Shown here: one piece after another, positions 37,033 to 38,342 of the stretch | Position numbering within the stretch: position 1 is the first letter of the stretch | How the letters are laid out: each line of letters begins with the position of its first letter | IMG/VR virus record: IMGVR_UViG_3300029183_000012 | Coordinates: 1-38,342 of that record | Length of the DNA: 38,342 bases | DNA from: a virus | Taxonomy: Duplodnaviria; Caudoviricetes | Strand: one strand, 5' to 3' | Translations under genes and position numbers: made by a program | Notes under the pieces: generated by a model | The model's input: only the letters and a program-made list of their open reading frames with translations | Told to the model about the DNA's origin: nothing | The model's database searches: none

Positions 37033-37343
37033 TGGTTAACCAACCGCAAGGACATACGCCGGGCGGGCATTCACCGTTAGCAGGTGGTTCAGGGTTTGCC
37101 GGCGGCCCACTTGTGCCGATTATAGTGGCGACACACGGTCTTCTGACAAGTCCTTTAAGCGTAGGAGCGGTGCGCGGACGGTTACGAATAAAAATTAAAA
37201 CTGAAATAGATAAAGCTCGCGGCAGTGGAGACAGTTCTGCATTAAGAAAATACGTTACTAAGCACGAATTACAACAACTGTTAGAACGTGAAGACGAAGA
37301 AATAGTACAAATCATAATTGCATTTATGGAAACTCAACGATGA
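37032..37343 (+). CDS. Small cassette-terminal protein with GHTPGGHSP motif
   Basis: TAGTG overlap. N-terminal QPQGHTPGGHSP shared with 10510-10857. C-terminal EREDEEIVQIII. Confidence 0.7.
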   Translation: MVNQPQGHTPGGHSPLAGGSGFAGGPLVPIIVATHGLLTSPLSVGAVRGRLRIKIKTEIDKARGSGDSSALRKYVTKHELQQLLEREDEEIVQIIIAFMETQR

Positions 37344-38325
37344 CTTCTCTCGCGACGTGTATTCGCAAAGCTGGCAAACTTCTTACCAAAGAAGATGCAA
37401 ACGCTATCCGTGAAATCAGAAACGACTTAATTGCTGTGGGTGCTAAAAAAGCTGAAGCAGACAGCCAAGCTATTAATGAATATCTCGATACAATGCAGTC
37501 GGAACGAGATCAAATTGTAAAACAAATAGAAGCGGAAGGCGGTACGTTTCCAAAAAGCGGGTCTTCTAAATTTTCTCAGCAAGCACCAGAAAAACTAACT
37601 ATCACAGAAGTTCCGCTTCGATATAAAATTGAAGACGATTTTATAGAAGCATTAGTTGAAAAGCACAGCGATCATCCTCAAGCGCAACTCAGTAAAATGG
37701 GCGCACTGGTACAAGATATTAGTGAGCGTTCCGAACCTGGAAAAACGCGTGAAATTTTAGATAAAGCAGGTGACACGTCGAAAGAACTTATTCTCAGTGC
37801 GATGCCGCAGTCTAAACTCAATGAAGTTATCCGTAACGCCATGTTCAGTGTGCATGAATACGTTCGTACGATGAAGCGTATGGACGGATTCATAAATGAA
37901 CGGCTAGAAGAACAAGCAGAAACGGGTCGTGTGTGGCGAACGATGTTTCGCAAAGACAAAAAGAATGCAGCGTTGATGGGTGAAATTATGCACGAAGCAA
38001 CACGTGCAGCAACAGACCCAAGTAAGCCGTTCACCATGCCAAAAACGTTCGATAAGATGGATGCGGACAAACGAAAAGAATGGATCAAGCGACGACGTGA
38101 TCACGCCATATTAAAAAAGGCTTGGGACCGATTATCACCAGAAGCACAGCAGCTCTACAAAAAGGTACGAGACGAATACGCAACGAACAGAACTGAAGTA
38201 CTTAAAGCACTTGAAGAACGTATAAAGCAGACTGAAGCAGACGACATGGCCAAAGCAAAGCTTATGGCTGAGCTGCGTTCACAGTTTGAAGCAGGTCGCG
38301 TCGATCCGTACTTCCCGCTCACTCG
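37340..38325 (+). CDS. Large ejection/polyvalent protein, PLxRFG-like, 3'-truncated
   Basis: Absent from the ORF track because it has no stop. ATGA overlap at 37340. Open frame MTSLATCIRKAGK...MHEATRAATDPSK...FEAGRVDPYFPLTR runs into the terminal primer. Confidence 0.75.
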
Positions 38326-38342
38326 GATCGTGACTGGGAAAC
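38326..38342 (-). other. Amplification primer tag (reverse complement), technical sequence
   Basis: GATCGTGACTGGGAAAC is the reverse complement of 1-17 and cuts an open reading frame. Confidence 0.9.

Noticed and set aside
764-38104. Numerous minus-strand and nested short ORFs in the track (e.g. 9404-9811, 23632-24141, 37678-38088)
   Set aside because: They are shadows of long, tightly coupled + strand genes and have no recognisable motifs.
381-38325. Stop-codon reassignment, introns or inteins
   Set aside because: Genes are full length in the standard code with all three stops used. TerL, portal and capsid have normal sizes with no evident intervening sequences.
1-38342. Perfect 17-bp terminal inverted repeat suggesting a transposon, a protein-primed linear genome or a complete genome
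   Set aside because: The sequence is a known random-amplification primer tag, and the right copy truncates an ORF mid-domain. The roughly 9 nt next to each tag may also be primer-derived.

Overview
A 38.3-kb partial genome of a dsDNA tailed phage with podovirus-type morphogenesis genes. Every credible gene is on the + strand, and many are joined by TAATG/ATGA/TAGTG overlaps. Both ends carry the 17-nt tag GTTTCCCAGTCACGATC, a random-amplification primer, so the ends are technical. Order: AT-rich 57-bp tandem repeats and a promoter region (65-340); a ~10.5-kb fibre/adhesin/depolymerase-like cassette (381-10857); small and large terminase, portal, scaffold, N4-gp56-like major capsid and small head proteins; tail adaptor and nozzle, a GNAT-like protein and ejection-type proteins; a polyvalent protein with InPase-like and metallopeptidase-like domains; a second fibre/lectin cassette (30092-37343); and a truncated PLxRFG-like large protein. 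No integrase, replication, lysis, tRNA or CRISPR genes are recognisable. The most striking observation is in the first cassette: five of its proteins have clear Sec signal peptides and even numbers of cysteines (12, 4, 4, 18, 12 in the mature chains). The cassette is nevertheless built like the signal-less second cassette, and both end in a small gene with the same QPxGHTPGGHSP motif. This suggests a phage appendage that is exported and disulfide-folded in the periplasm before assembly. All family assignments come from motif recognition by eye; no searches were run.
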